Source of the DNA: Lama glama
Lineage: Eukaryota
Assembly (NCBI GenBank): GCA_028534125.1
Contig: CM052817.1
Span: 30,692,001-30,756,000, forward strand
Reading direction: 5' to 3'
Length of the DNA: 64,000 nt
Shown: piece by piece, positions 10,801 to 23,105 of the stretch
Position numbering within the stretch: position 1 is the first letter of the stretch
How the letters are laid out: each line of letters begins with the position of its first letter
Notes under the pieces: generated by a model
The model's database searches: none
Told to the model about the DNA's origin: nothing
Seen by the model: the letters and a program-made list of their open reading frames with translations, nothing else
Made by a program: the position numbers and the translations under genes

Positions 10801-12599
10801 GCCTCTGCATTAGCTTTTTCCCTTCCTGGAATGTTATGCCCGGCATTTGGTTCTCCGTTTAAATGTTCCTACTTCAGTTTGATCTTGCTCTGTCTTCTAA
10901 CTAAAGAGACATCCTTATCACTCTCTTCTTTTTCTCTTCTTTATTTTTCTTCATAGCATTTCTCAACCTAATATTATATTATATCTGCCTACTTATTTAT
11001 TTACTCCTCATTTGCACCCCCTGCTAGAATGGCAGGACTATGACTGCAAAGACTTTTTTTTTTTTTTTTTTTTTTGCTCACAGATGCATCTTCAGAGTCT
11101 AGAACAGTTTTTGGTGTGTAGTAGGTGTTCAGTAAATATCTATTGGATGAAATAATGGACACATTATCTCTCGAAATGTTTGAGAAGGCCAATGGGATTA
11201 GGGTATTTGAAAACGGTATGAGAACAGAAAGGTCTCATTGTTATAAAGACATTAGTGATTTAGTTTGGCATCTCCAAGAAGCCGGCTTCCTCACAGAAAG
11301 GATATTTAATGGGGTGATACACAGGAAGGACTTTGGCAGTGCAGGGAGCGATTTGGCTGGGTTTTAATTATGAATTTGTTAAAATTGGCTTGTACTCGGT
11401 GAAGTGGTTTGAATGCCATTCCCATGGTTTTACCTCACCACTGGGAAAAACTGGTGACATTTTAAATGGCAGTAGATGTTGGAAAGACAAATGGCGTATT
11501 AAAACCCACACACCAGCGTACAATGCTGCCTCAAACCAACAACAACCCTTCTTAATAAAAACAATGTTTCATCTCTTACATAATAAAGTGTTTTTTCCCC
11601 CTTGCACTCAAATGGGCACTATTTCATGCTGACATGCGATTTTTTTTTCCCCTTTAGCAAAAGTTGGAAAACTGCCTCCTTGTTGAAGCTCTGCGGTTTC
11701 TCAGTTCTCCCAGGATAGCTAGGCAGCTAGTCATCCCTCACAGTGACAGCTCCATTCACAAAGTGACATCATAAAAACATGAAGGAAGAAAAGGAAGTAT
11801 TGTGCAAAGAACTCTTAAGACAAGAGGAAAACAAACCCTTTGGATATTTCAGAATAGAATCCCAAAGCGTGGTGAATGGTGGTGTCTTGGAGTTCCCTCT
11901 TTTAAATTCCTCTTGATGTGAGAACTCCAAATTGTTGGGTGCAGCCAAAGTTTGCCAGTCTTCAAGTTCGCCAAACGCTGAATAACTCCTGCAAACTGAA
12001 CAACGGGTGGTTCTTGTACTTTGTTATCTCTAGGCTAGAAATGAGGGAGGGTAGGGTGGCCCCATCCGAAATACAAATGAGTGAAGCCACTGATAAGCCT
12101 GGGAACTCAGAATTATTTAGCTTGGAAAAACTAGTTAATCTTAATAAAAATTGACATTCAAAAAGTAGCATTTATCTATTTAATTATTTTTTAAAAAGTT
12201 TTTTGGGGGAAGGGGAAGACACAGTAGGTTCCAGATTGTTCGTTATAGTTATGTATCTCTGCTATGTGTTAGGGTAAGTGTGTTCAGTGGCTGAGACTTG
12301 TGTCTCAACAAAGTGCCTTCTGTTCTGAGCCACCCAATTTAATACATCAGCTCTGAGGTGTATGAATCAGATCTCAAGGCCCTGAGAGCATTTGCTTAGG
12401 TGTCCGGAAGAAATAAGGCCTGGATATGGGAAGGTGAAGTGATTAACAGGGAGAGATGCCAAGACCCACCTTCCTCCAAAAAATGATGATTTCTCCAAGT
12501 TTACCTTTTTATCACTCTGAATTTTTGTTCCAATATAATCTCTTCTAGAAAGTTTACCTTCTTTCCTCCCACCCCCATTTTTGGAGAACTCAGAATTTC

Positions 12600-13250
12600 C
12601 CTATGTGAGATTAATTTATATCAGCATTGAACCAGGAAATCTGGCATGAAATAGAACTCCACTCCTCCCAAACCAATATTTTCCTCTTCCTGTTACCCCT
12701 GTGAAAAGCATCACTAATCTTCCTAAACTCTCCAGACATCATAGTGTTGTCATCAAGCCCCTTTTCCTGTCAATCCTTAATTATCTATTTTCAGTGTGTT
12801 TCTCAAATCTGTCTTATTTCTACCTCCTAATTGAGGCCTTCATTCTTCCTCTTCAAAAGTGAAATTATTTTCTGAGTATTCCCATCCATTCTGTTCAGTC
12901 CTTCAATGTACTCTCCAATCCAGTCCTCCATTGAAAATGCGTATCTGTTGAAAAGTCTCTCCAGAGTCACATTATATCACTTATATTCTACACTCTTCAG
13001 TCAATATTCAGTAGTTTCTACAGTTTGACCCTCACCTACTTGTCTGGTCATATTTTCTTCTTCACTCCAGTTTATACACTCAGGAACCAAGCTCTCTAGC
13101 CAGGTCTGTTGGCCTTGTTCCTAAGCTGCTTCTGTGCTTTCTATGTGCTCTCCTGATTAGAAAGTTCTTCCCATGCCTGTCCATCAAAATCCTCCACACG
13201 GCCACCTTTTTAGGATCTTCCATTTCCCCTTTGAGAAAAAAAAAATCTTT
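12600..13250 (+). mobile_element. Degraded L2 fragment
   Basis: Pyrimidine-rich, with diverged L2 3'-region motifs (AAGCATCACTAATCTTCCTA, CCTCACCTACTTGTCTGGTCATATTTTC). Confidence 0.5.
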
Positions 13251-13329
13251 CTCTATTTTGCATTGCCAATTTTATCTCTAATACAGTCCCACTTCTCTCT
13301 TTCTCTTTAAAACAAAAATTCTTTTTTAG

Positions 13330-13603
13330 TTTGCTGAGATTTTTATTTTTTATTAATTTGTATTTTTAAAAATTTTTATTGAAGTATGGTTGATTTTACA
13401 ATGCTGTGTTAGTTTCTGGTGTACAGCAAAGTCATTCAGTTGTACACACATATATACTTTTTCATATTCATTTCTGTTATGGTTTATTACAGGAAGTTGA
13501 ATACAGTTCTCTGTGCTGTGCAGTAGGACTTTGTTGTTTACCTATTTTATATACAGTAGTTTGTATCTGCTAATCCTAAACTCCTAATTTATCCTTCCCC
13601 CAT
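13330..13603 (-). mobile_element. 5'-truncated L1 3' end
   Basis: TTTTTATTGAAGTATGGTTGATTTTACAATGCTGTGTTAGTTTCTGGTGTACAGCAAAG...CTCCTAATTTATCC is the reverse complement of an L1 3' terminus with a degraded A tail. Confidence 0.9.
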
Positions 13604-15085
13604 TCTACAACAAACATCTTAAATATGTTGACTATACCCACTACCTCCAGTTTCTCTCACACATTTCCTTTTGAACTCATTGAAATGACTCTACTACTCC
13701 CAAGGCAACTCACATATGGATCAACAAAAACTTCCACGTTGCTCTATGTACTGGTCTATTCTCAGTCGTCTTACTCAGCAAAAATATTGCATTTGCCATT
13801 CTTCTTGAAACATCTTATCCATTTGCCTCCCAGGATACCACTCAGTCTAGGTTTCTCCATACCTTGTCAACCACTCCTTCTAGCTCCCTTTGCTGTTATT
13901 CATTTTCTGCTAACTTCTAAACTTTGGATTATCCCAGGGGCCATTTTTCAGATCTTTGCACTTTTCAACCTACTTCTTGAGTGACTTCATCTATTCTAAT
14001 GTCGTTAAATAACTTCATTCTAAGGACTCCATGTCAGAGATCTCAAGCATGAATTCCAGACTCTTTACTCAACTACCACTTGATATCTCCATATAGAAGT
14101 CTAATATGCATCTTAATTTTAATATGTCCAAAAATGAATCCTGATTCCTAACCCCCATTGTGACCTAGACTTTACTCCCATATATTTTTTTTTATCTCAG
14201 AAAGAAACAGCATCATTCTTCTAATTGCTCAGATCGTCCATTTAACGGGACCATCCTTGCTTCTACATTCCATGTCAGATCCCTCAACATGTCCTTAATG
14301 CTCTGCCTTCCTACTATGTTCAGAGTCAGATCACTTCTCACATGCACTGTTACTGTGTATTCTGGATTATGGCACAAACCTCTGGACTAATTTCCTTTTT
14401 TCTGTACTAAACGTCCACAATCTATCATACTCAAAAAAGCAGCCAGAACAATCCTCTTAAACCCCAAGTCAGGTCATGCTCCACTTTTGCTCCCACATTT
14501 CAGTGGTTTGCCTTTTCAAAACTCAAAATAAAATTCCAAACTTTAGCTTGGCCAACAAAATATTTCTGGCTGAGCTACTTTCCTGATCTCACCTTTTCCC
14601 ACTCTCCCTTATATTACTGTGGCCCCAGTCACACCTGCCTCCTTTCTGTTCCTCAGATATTCCATGCACTCCCATCACAAGACCTTTCTACTAATTTTCT
14701 CCACCAGGAATCTGTGTATCCAGATTCCTGAATGATTTTCTCTCTCCTTTCCTTTAGGTTTCTGCTCCAATATCATTTTCTCAGTGAGGCTTTTCTTGAG
14801 CACCCTGTAGAAAACAGCACACTCTCCCCAACCAGAGCCCTCCACACCCTCCCAGCACTCTTTATCCTCCTTATCTCGTTTTCACTTTATCAAATAGAAC
14901 TTACCAAAACCTGAAATATTTCGTATTTTCTCATTTACCTGATTTCTTTTCCCATCTCTCCTCAATAGGCAACGCTAGCTCCAAGAGGACAGGGGTTTGT
15001 ATCTATTCAGTTCTTTGCTGTATTCCCACTGCCTAGAACAGTGCCAAGTGTATGGAAGGCTCTCGATAGATATGTATTGAATGAA
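13604..15085 (+). mobile_element. Long L2 (L2a-like) fragment reaching the 3' end
   Basis: Colinear L2 motifs (CCAGGATACCACTC, TTCCAGACTC, ATATGTCCAAAA, GCAGCCAGAACAATCCTCTTAAA), ending GCCTAGAACAGTGCC...ATGTATTGAATGAA. Confidence 0.9.
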
Positions 15086-18000
15086 CTCTTTTCCATGTTT
15101 GTATTTTCAACTCTCACGTCAACTAGTGGAAACATTTTTATATAAATATAAATATAAATAATATCCCATTTTTCAGCAAAGCATAAAATTCCTCTTCTAT
15201 TTTAATTGGGTGATGAGGATGAAGGGGATGATAAAGCTGATGTTAGATATCTTGAGAATCATTATGTGCTTGTAAATTACCTTAAATATCTCCATGACTT
15301 CGTAAAGTCATTGCAATCTCTTAGTCATCAATTAAAAAACATGTTGAAATGGTACAAGGCAAAGAGTCATCTTGACTAGGTGGAAACTGAGTATACTTTC
15401 CTGCTTTGAACAAGCTTCAAATTTCTCTTTTATGTTGTGTCCTCTCAAGCAAACTTTGACTCTTAAGTAAGTTTATTCAATCAGAAGATTGTTATTATAC
15501 GGCAGTGCCTAAGGGCGGTGTCTCTCTGGGTTTTTACCATTTTAAACAACTGATGACATTTACCATAGAGATTATACATGGATTACACTTCTGGAAAATA
15601 TGTTGTTGAGGGTTTCCTTTGGTAACACAGTCTAAGGAAAAAAGTTAAGGGTTTAATATTTTATAACTCACAGCAGGTTACACATTCAAGCTAAATATGT
15701 TTTAGTAGCAATGCATTAAGCTACCAAAGGCCATAGCAACCAGAGAAAAAAATAAATGTTAGTTTGCTACAATAACTCCCAGCAGAGTCTGTAAACAGCA
15801 TCATAAAGGAATATCCTATTTTATTTTTGCAGTATTTAGCTAAATACAACTTTTACTATATGGTATCATATTTGATAGTAGCTCTCTAATGTCTCCCTGA
15901 AAATGTAAGTTTGCATAATGATCAGGCAATGCTATAAATTTTAATCTACTTATATATTCTTGGTCCTAAGAATGATCCTGTAGTACTTGGTGACACTGTA
16001 CCACATTCAAAGAAAATACTTACGGATTTAGTAAGCCGGTTTCTGTTTTCTCTTGTGATAGATTTTTTGAAATCAGTGTTATTTATGTGTTGCCACTAAT
16101 TTAATTAAATTAACATTCAGAAATTATACAGTCAATTTGGCAGTACTTTAAGTTAATGTAACAATTTATCTGGCATTGTTAATGCGATTTTAAACGCTGA
16201 CATGTCACCATTATTGAGTATTTACTAAACATTTCTGTTGTTTAGCACACTTACAATGTTGTCTTCTTAATTTAGACGGTTCTTACTATAAACCTGTACA
16301 CTGTGACTTATTAGAAAGGCTAGCACTACACAGATACTTAGAGCTAATTTCAGAGTGTCCAGAATTGGATTAAATACAGATTCTTTATGGCAACAGCTGT
16401 TTTAACTGCCTAGACTGCTTCTCTTACTCTTTGAAAATTAATAGGTATCTCTGAGTTTCTTTTTTTTAAATTTTGGAATTATCATTAATTTCAAGCTATC
16501 ATTGGATTATTTCGAAATTATATAGCATATGTGAAAGATAAGTTTTTCTTCAGATATGTTTTACAAACAACATTGTCCTTGCCAAAGATTTTTAATGGTA
16601 TTTTAACAATAGTCTCTGTGGAAAAGTCAGACAATGAATGCTTTTTCTATAGAAGCACATCTTCACAAGCAAATATGCTAAACAATAGTGTATTTTTTAA
16701 ATGCCTGTATAAAAAGGAACCAAATTAAAAAACATATTCAATGGGCTCAAAAATACCTTTGAATATTTTTGTCTGAAAGTGGCAGAAATTAAAATTAATG
16801 TATTTTGTAGCTCCTGGAAAATAGACCCTCCCTGTAGCATGTAAAGCTAAAGTTGGATTTCTTCACATTAACCTTTATAAAATACTTGCTGAAAGACACC
16901 AAATAAAGAGACAGGGACTGCCGGGGCAGAGCTGTAGGAGGCAGGGCATTTTCTGTAATATAGGGCTACAAATATGACATTTCTCATGGAATTCTTGTGA
17001 CAATTAAGCCAAATCATGGCTATAAAATGCCTAGAATGGCACTTGGTGCATAAGAAGTGCCCAATAAATGTTAGCTACTGTTAGAATATTATTACTGCTA
17101 TGACTGGAGCATACACAACATGCCAAAACTGTTCAGAGGCAGGAGTAACTAACACAAGTAAGACTTCAGACGAGGTGACATTTGAGCCTTATCTAAACAG
17201 GCATATACAGTTGTCATGTAAAGATGGAAAGGAGCTAAAGCTGGAAGAATTATAATTACCAATGAGGATGCAATTAATTGAATTTTAAGCCACTTATCTT
17301 TTCTGTGCACCATACCAAAAGTAACTAAATGGCAGATGTGGTACTAGGAAAATCTCAGGATTATCTCAGCATTTAAGGGCAAATCACCTAAAATATCTGT
17401 GTTACTGAAATGGAGGAATTTCCTTCCTCCCTTGCCAAGGTCTGGTGAGGAAGAGCTGTTTTTAGAGCAAGTTTCTTCCAAAATTAAAAATGGCTTCCAT
17501 GAGGATTTTCACTGCCAATGTGAGGCTGTATAAGTCATTTCTGTTTCACGGAGGAGCCACAAGCGTGCAGAAATGAAATCGGTTGAAATCAGAGAGCAGG
17601 AAAAACTGCAGGGCATATTCCTGTCGTGGCAGCAAATCAGAAGCATCCTGTGATTTATTTTTTTTTTCCCCTTCAGTTTCTGACCCAAGCAAAGCAGCAC
17701 CCAGATTCCACAGGTACCAGCTGAACTGGCTTTTGCAAATGTTATGAGAATTTAAACTTAACTGAAATATACTCAAATTTAGAGACACCTACATGATGCT
17801 AGGATAGTCATTAATTTAGTGGTGCAGTTAGAAGTAAAGCCTGCAGTCCAAGCAGAGTTGTTCTCGTGAATGCCAGGGCTGAATAGGCAGTCTGTGCCTG
17901 GTCTTTTGTCTGTCACAACGGGGGAATCAAACAAATGAATCACGTGTTCAATCTCTCCAAAATAATGAGTGAAGGATGAAGTTTGCATCCCATCCTTCTA

Positions 18001-18289
18001 GCGAGCATATTTGTGATATATAGAGAATTCTTTTAGGTGTGATATTTTTATGTCTATTTCACTAACAAGGGAATTTATCTTTTTGAAGATGTTTCTTCTT
18101 CACAGAAACTCTTACTTGCCACACCAATATGAAATCCTATGAAATCCTAGAAAACTATGTGAAAGCAACCCAAGTGAAAATGGAGGGGAAATTCAGCACA
18201 TCAATGGAAGCATCTAATGGCAATGGGTAATTAATATTATTGAAATTGGGATTTCCAAGGCTTTGTCACCTCCCTTTTCTAAAAATCTA

Positions 18290-19290
18290 GGAGTCACTGA
18301 GACCTGGCAACCTAGACCCCCATGGAACCCGCCTGGGTCAATCCAGAAATGGGTCTATAGCCATAGACGAACATCCCCCAGCTGGTGGGGTCCAGAATGA
18401 GTTTAACTCCTCTAACCTTTGTGTGGATGGAGTAACGCCATGTTCTTGAGTGTTCCCCAAGCCATAAACTTGCCCTCATCTCTACTCTGTTTCCCCACTG
18501 AGATATAGCCTTGTCTTGTTTCTTGGTTTATATTCTGGTTCCCCAGGTGGGACTGACAGTCTCCTTTGTCTGACTCCAGCAATGTAGGGTCTTGACCTCC
18601 TAGCCAAGCCTGGTCCTCCCTTTACTGCTCAAAGGCTATTGTCTGTCCTGGTTCCTTCAGCTGCTGGTATTCGTCTTGCTTCCATGAAGCTCTTGACCCA
18701 ATGACCCACTTGCTTGGAGATTCCCACTGCTTTGTCTCAGGACTAGACCAGCTAGATGTCCCTTGAGTACAAACCAGCTTAGATAAAACAGGACTTCCAT
18801 ATGTTCTTTTAAATACAGACTCCAGGCTGTTCCATTTGTGAGGCATTCCTACAACTGGACTGGTTTACCAGCCTGTCTAGGCTGTTGGTATCCAGCCTAA
18901 ACCCCTTAGAGGAGGCTGGTGAATTCATTCCCAAGCAACTAGGAATGTTGCTGCAAAGGCTCCCAGTGGCCCCCTTCTCTGGACAATTGCCCTTGGTCTG
19001 GTGGGGTTCTTGCCTGAGAGGTTACCAACCACTCCCAGGGGCCAGCTGTCAATAATTTTAAAAAGGCAGCTTTCTGGCCACAAAGTGGGACCAACTCTCT
19101 GGTGCAATCTGTGTTCCAGGATGTGGGACAGACTAAGGCTTTTCTCCACCAGAGATGACATACTTGCTTAGCTGTTTTTCCTAGCAGATTCCTGCTTCTC
19201 TTGCTGCCTTTCTGAGTACGTTCTCTTAAAAATCATTTTTCCAAGAAGCCCTATTTTAGGCTCTGCTTCTAAGGAAGCAGACCAAAGACA
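18290..19290 (+). mobile_element. Old ERVL-class LTR sequence (family uncertain)
   Basis: GC-richer block ending AATCATTTTTCCAAGAAGCCCTATTTTAGGCTCTGCTTCTAAGGAAGCAGACCAAAGACA, like the 3' ends of ERVL LTRs (AGGCTCTGCTTCTAGGGAACCC.ACCTAAGACA). Left boundary uncertain. Confidence 0.55.
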
Positions 19291-20409
19291 ACTTTGCTTT
19301 CTTCTTGGCCCAGTACTGGGATCCCAGCTTTGAGATCAAATCATGAGTTGACTACCTCTCATACCACGAGTTAAGCTATAGAATCATCTCCGTGCGGCAT
19401 ACCATCTGCCAGGCCAATCGAACCAGTTCTTTTTCTCCCTAACTTCCACAGCCAGTCCCTAAGTATCACTTCCTCTCTACCCTCTCCCCAAACAAACCCC
19501 GCACAGCACAAAGCTGGTTACATAAACCTGGAAGTACAGTGGAACCTTATCAGAAATTGAAATGTACCCGAGTCTCCAAAGTTGGTGTATCTTACCATGG
19601 GCATCACTGCATTCCGATTTAAAGACCTGGGTTTCTGGATAAGGTTAATATTTACTCCCTTATTCCTCAGCTTGTTGGGACCTAGATTTCTTTTTTGACT
19701 AGACTTAGGCCGCAAACCATCAAAGAAATTTTACACACAATACACATTAAGCGATCTACCTGGCAAGGATGACCTCCTTACCATCCACCTGGAGCATGGA
19801 ACACAAATAGGGAACTGAAGTGGAACATGAAATAGCCATAGAATAGCTATTTTTCTTATTCCGTGTCATCTGCATTATGTTCCCTTGAGGCAAATATATT
19901 TTGAGTAGAATGTACAATCAGCAAGTTTTCTATTATTTACAAAATGCCAAGTGTAGCCTGTCAAAACACTCACTAAAAATACTCCACATTCTCTCAATCA
20001 TGCTAAGAAAAACACAATCACTCAAGGAAGAGTTTGCCTACAGAATATCACACCCTTCTAAGTAAATTATGAGGGAACCACATGAGATACTTGCTTCCAT
20101 GTTTGCCCCTTGCTAAAAAATTAGCTTCTCAAAGACCTGCAGAGCAGGGTTTTTCCAAAGTCTCGTTAGCTCATTTTTTAATTAATGATAAGAAATATTG
20201 CTGTAGTATCAGTGGCTGGAAAAATTTAAGGGATTCGTGTCTTCTTGCACATCTAGGTGGTTCTTTGCCTTTTTTTTCTTCTTCACAGTTTTCTCTTACC
20301 TGACATTCTTATGCTTTTCATACAAATAGCCACTTCCACACCCTGATTTTTCGCTATTTACATTGAAAGCAATCTTAACCTAATTTAAATCTCTTCTAAA
20401 ATACCAGCC

Positions 20410-20640
20410 TGGAGCAAAGCTATAGGGCAAGTGGAAGAGCAGAGTGTGTGAAGCTGGGAGGCCTGACATTTATTTATTTTTATTCATATTTAGTTTATTT
20501 ATTTCAGCTCCTTCTTTCTTTCCTGTGCATCATCTGGTTGGCTTCTTTGTCTGTCTTACAGCCCTCACTTTGATCATCTGTAAAATGAGAGCATGAGACT
20601 CGTGAGCCCAAGGGTATCTTCCAGCTCTAAAACCCTAGCA
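20410..20640 (+). mobile_element. MIR SINE fragment
   Basis: CTCACTTTGATCATCTGTAAAATGAGA core, followed by a CCAAGGGTATCTTCCAGCTCTAAAA tail. Confidence 0.6.
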
Positions 20641-21270
20641 CACTGTAATTTCATCTCTGGGCCCCTCGTCCTTGTCACCCTCCATCCGGCTTTTCTATGG
20701 TTCATTCCCTCCGTCCAAAAGTCTCCAAACTTTCAACCTCCAGTTCATCTTTTCACCCTAAGTGTCCAGTCCCTTCGGGGTCCCACTCTCTGCATAAAAA
20801 GAGACCGGGCCACTCAGCAAAGAACGAGGGCCCCGTCCTGCCACGAATTAGCTCCACACACATGGCGAATGGCAGACCCATCCAGCTCCTCCCGTGAGAA
20901 ATGGAACTAATCATAGTGTTCTGTCAGCTCTGACATGTGAGGAGTTAGCAGGATGAGAGAGAGAAGTAAGTGTGAAGTATTAAGTGTCATAGAAATGCGG
21001 CATATTATGATAAATGAACACATTAGCAGGGACTGCTGTGTAATCTCTCCTAGGTAACTCTTGTTCTTTTAAATAAGACCTTCAAGAGACAAATTTCTTA
21101 ATCAAAAACAATGACCCTGAAGGTCTTGTGAATGCTCTACCAGTCTGGTGGGGGAGACGTTTAGGCTCAGAGAGGAGCGGGGAGGTGCCTCTCCCACCAC
21201 ACTCCTATTTGCAGTTTTGTGGTTCAGCACAAAGAGAATTTGCCGAGATGTCTGTCTTCACAGTTCAGAC

Positions 21271-21927
21271 TGTTGCCGGAAGATATAGCCCATGTGCAGG
21301 TTCTTGTCCCATCCCAGAAAGAATTCAGAGACAAGACGCAGAGGTTAGCAAAGTAAAGTGGGGATGTATTCAGGGATGGATAGTGCACTCTCAAGGGGAG
21401 AGCAGGCAGGCTCAGGTGAGCAGCGGCCCCGAGTTTCATTGGCAAGTTGGTTACACAGAGTGTGAAAGTGAATGGGAGGAGTATTGTTTAGAGAGGGAAG
21501 GATTTGGGGTTGTATTCCCTGGTTTTCATCCCAATTCCACCTTCCTAAAGGGAGGAGGGATTTTTGTCCTTATTTAGTCTGGATCTGAACTGTCGTGACA
21601 TCGGTGCATGATGGGTACTTATAATCTGCAAGGATAATTTTATTGAAATGAGAGCATAAAGAGCAAAATGTTATATTCTGACACTGGAGATTCCTGCCTT
21701 CCCTCACCTTTCTTTGTCAGCCTCCAGGCCTCTCATCACCCTAAAATTTGTGACCATTTATCAGCCCAGAGGTTCCTGCTTTTCTTTCTCTGGGCAGGGA
21801 CCCCTGTTGTTTATATGATGTGTGGTTTCCTGCATTTGGCCTGTGCCCCTCCTTTCTGCGCAATTCCTGCCATTTGGTCTGTGTCCCCCTTTCTCGGCTC
21901 ATAGCTAGCTATCTGCCTGCTCTAATG
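21271..21927 (-). mobile_element. ERV1-class solo LTR
   Basis: The + strand begins TGTTGCCGGAAG...GGTTCTTGTCCCATCCCAGAAAGAATTCAGAGACAAGAC and ends GCTAGCTATCTGCCTGCTCTAATG, the architecture of MER4-group ERV1 LTRs in reverse. The flanks AGAC/AAAC could be a 4-bp TSD. Confidence 0.75.
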
Positions 21928-22715
21928 AAACCACTCAAGCTCTACTTACCAACAGTGTGAAATCCACTCAATATGCAAGATGAGTACATCAGGTGGACGT
22001 ATCCTTACAGTCTGAACAGTATCCAAAAGCCAGGATGAAAAAGAAGAGGACTTAACTCTAATCCTGTAAGATTATGTTTTACAATGAATGGTGATCCTGA
22101 GGAATGAAATATTGTGAATTAAAAATCATCCCAGCTTAAGATGACATAATGCGGCCTTTGATACCTCTGAAAAACTGTCCAAAACTAAGACCCAAAGTGT
22201 TAAATGGATCAGCGATAGCCACAAAAATCAGATTTTTCCCCCCAGATCATTATGGGGATGCAGCAATGGAGGAGGTGTGTTTATGCAAATACTGAGGCAC
22301 TATTCAATAGACCCAAGGCCTGGCATTTAAATTCATTTTCTTACCTCACAGAATTAAAATAACCTTCAATGAGATAATGCATATCAAGTAGCTTGTATAA
22401 ACTTGACACAAGGCAGGTGATTAGTCTAATTCACACATTTATTATTACATTTGTTTCTTTTTATTCTCTAAATTTTACACAATGCAGACTCTTTGTGCAG
22501 TTCTATAAACATTCAAATAAGGTGCGTGATTTTTGTGTTCAGGAATCACAGTGTTAGGGCAGCTCTCGTTATCCCAGAAGTAGTGCTGCTGCAGTCTCAC
22601 TGCCACCAGACATCTGTCAGCATCAAATTTCTCCTGTGTGGGGTACATTCTCCTTCACTAGCCAACAAGCAGCAAACAAACCCAAATCAACCTGCCCATG
22701 ATGTCACAGTCAAAA

Positions 22716-22805
22716 GGAAAGGAAAGGAAAGGAAAGGAAAGGAAAGGAAAGGAAAGGAAAGGAAAGGAAAGGAAAGGAAAGGAAAGGAAAGGAAAGGAAA
22801 GGAAA
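22716..22805. repeat. (GGAAA)18 pentanucleotide microsatellite
   Basis: 90 bp of uninterrupted GGAAA units, read directly. Confidence 0.98.
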
Positions 22806-23105
22806 GAAAGAATCATAGTGTTATACATTGAAAAGTATAACGCTCCTCCTTCATTTTCCTCCTACTCAATGGTTGATGGAAGCTCAATTTATCCAATTTT
22901 AATATATTGAATATTCTAGACAGGAGGTACTACAATGGCTTTTCCCCTAGTATTAGACATTAGAACCCGTGAAAATCCGATCAATACCTACTGGCTATTT
23001 TCTATAGTAAACTTTCCATTTTCATTGACTAGTGAGACAAGATTCCTTCTGGCTGAAAGAATGGGCTGTCTACCAGGCAGAATAAACTCTGTTGAAAATG
23101 AATTT

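Larger units (their letters stand above)
9340..11150 (+). mobile_element. L2 3' portion, interrupted by an L1 insertion and a hAT element
   Basis: L2-like blocks (AATCTTGGAGTCA, CCATCAACAAATTCTGTCAG, GAAGCCAGAG, CTTAAAACCCTCTGATGG) resume colinearly after each insertion and end in TAGAACAG...TAGGTGTTCAGTAAATATCTATTGGATGAA. Confidence 0.8.

Noticed and set aside
12271..12279. Isolated consensus splice donors (AGG|GTAAGT here; CAG|GTAAGG on - near 39536)
   Set aside because: No matching acceptor or exon-like sequence. Such 9-mers are expected by chance in 64 kb.
21128..21577. 149-aa plus-strand ORF
   Set aside because: Lies mostly within an ERV1 solo LTR, with no gag/pol/env similarity visible.
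22493..22910. ORFs with KGKER repeats
   Set aside because: Translation of the (GGAAA)n microsatellite.
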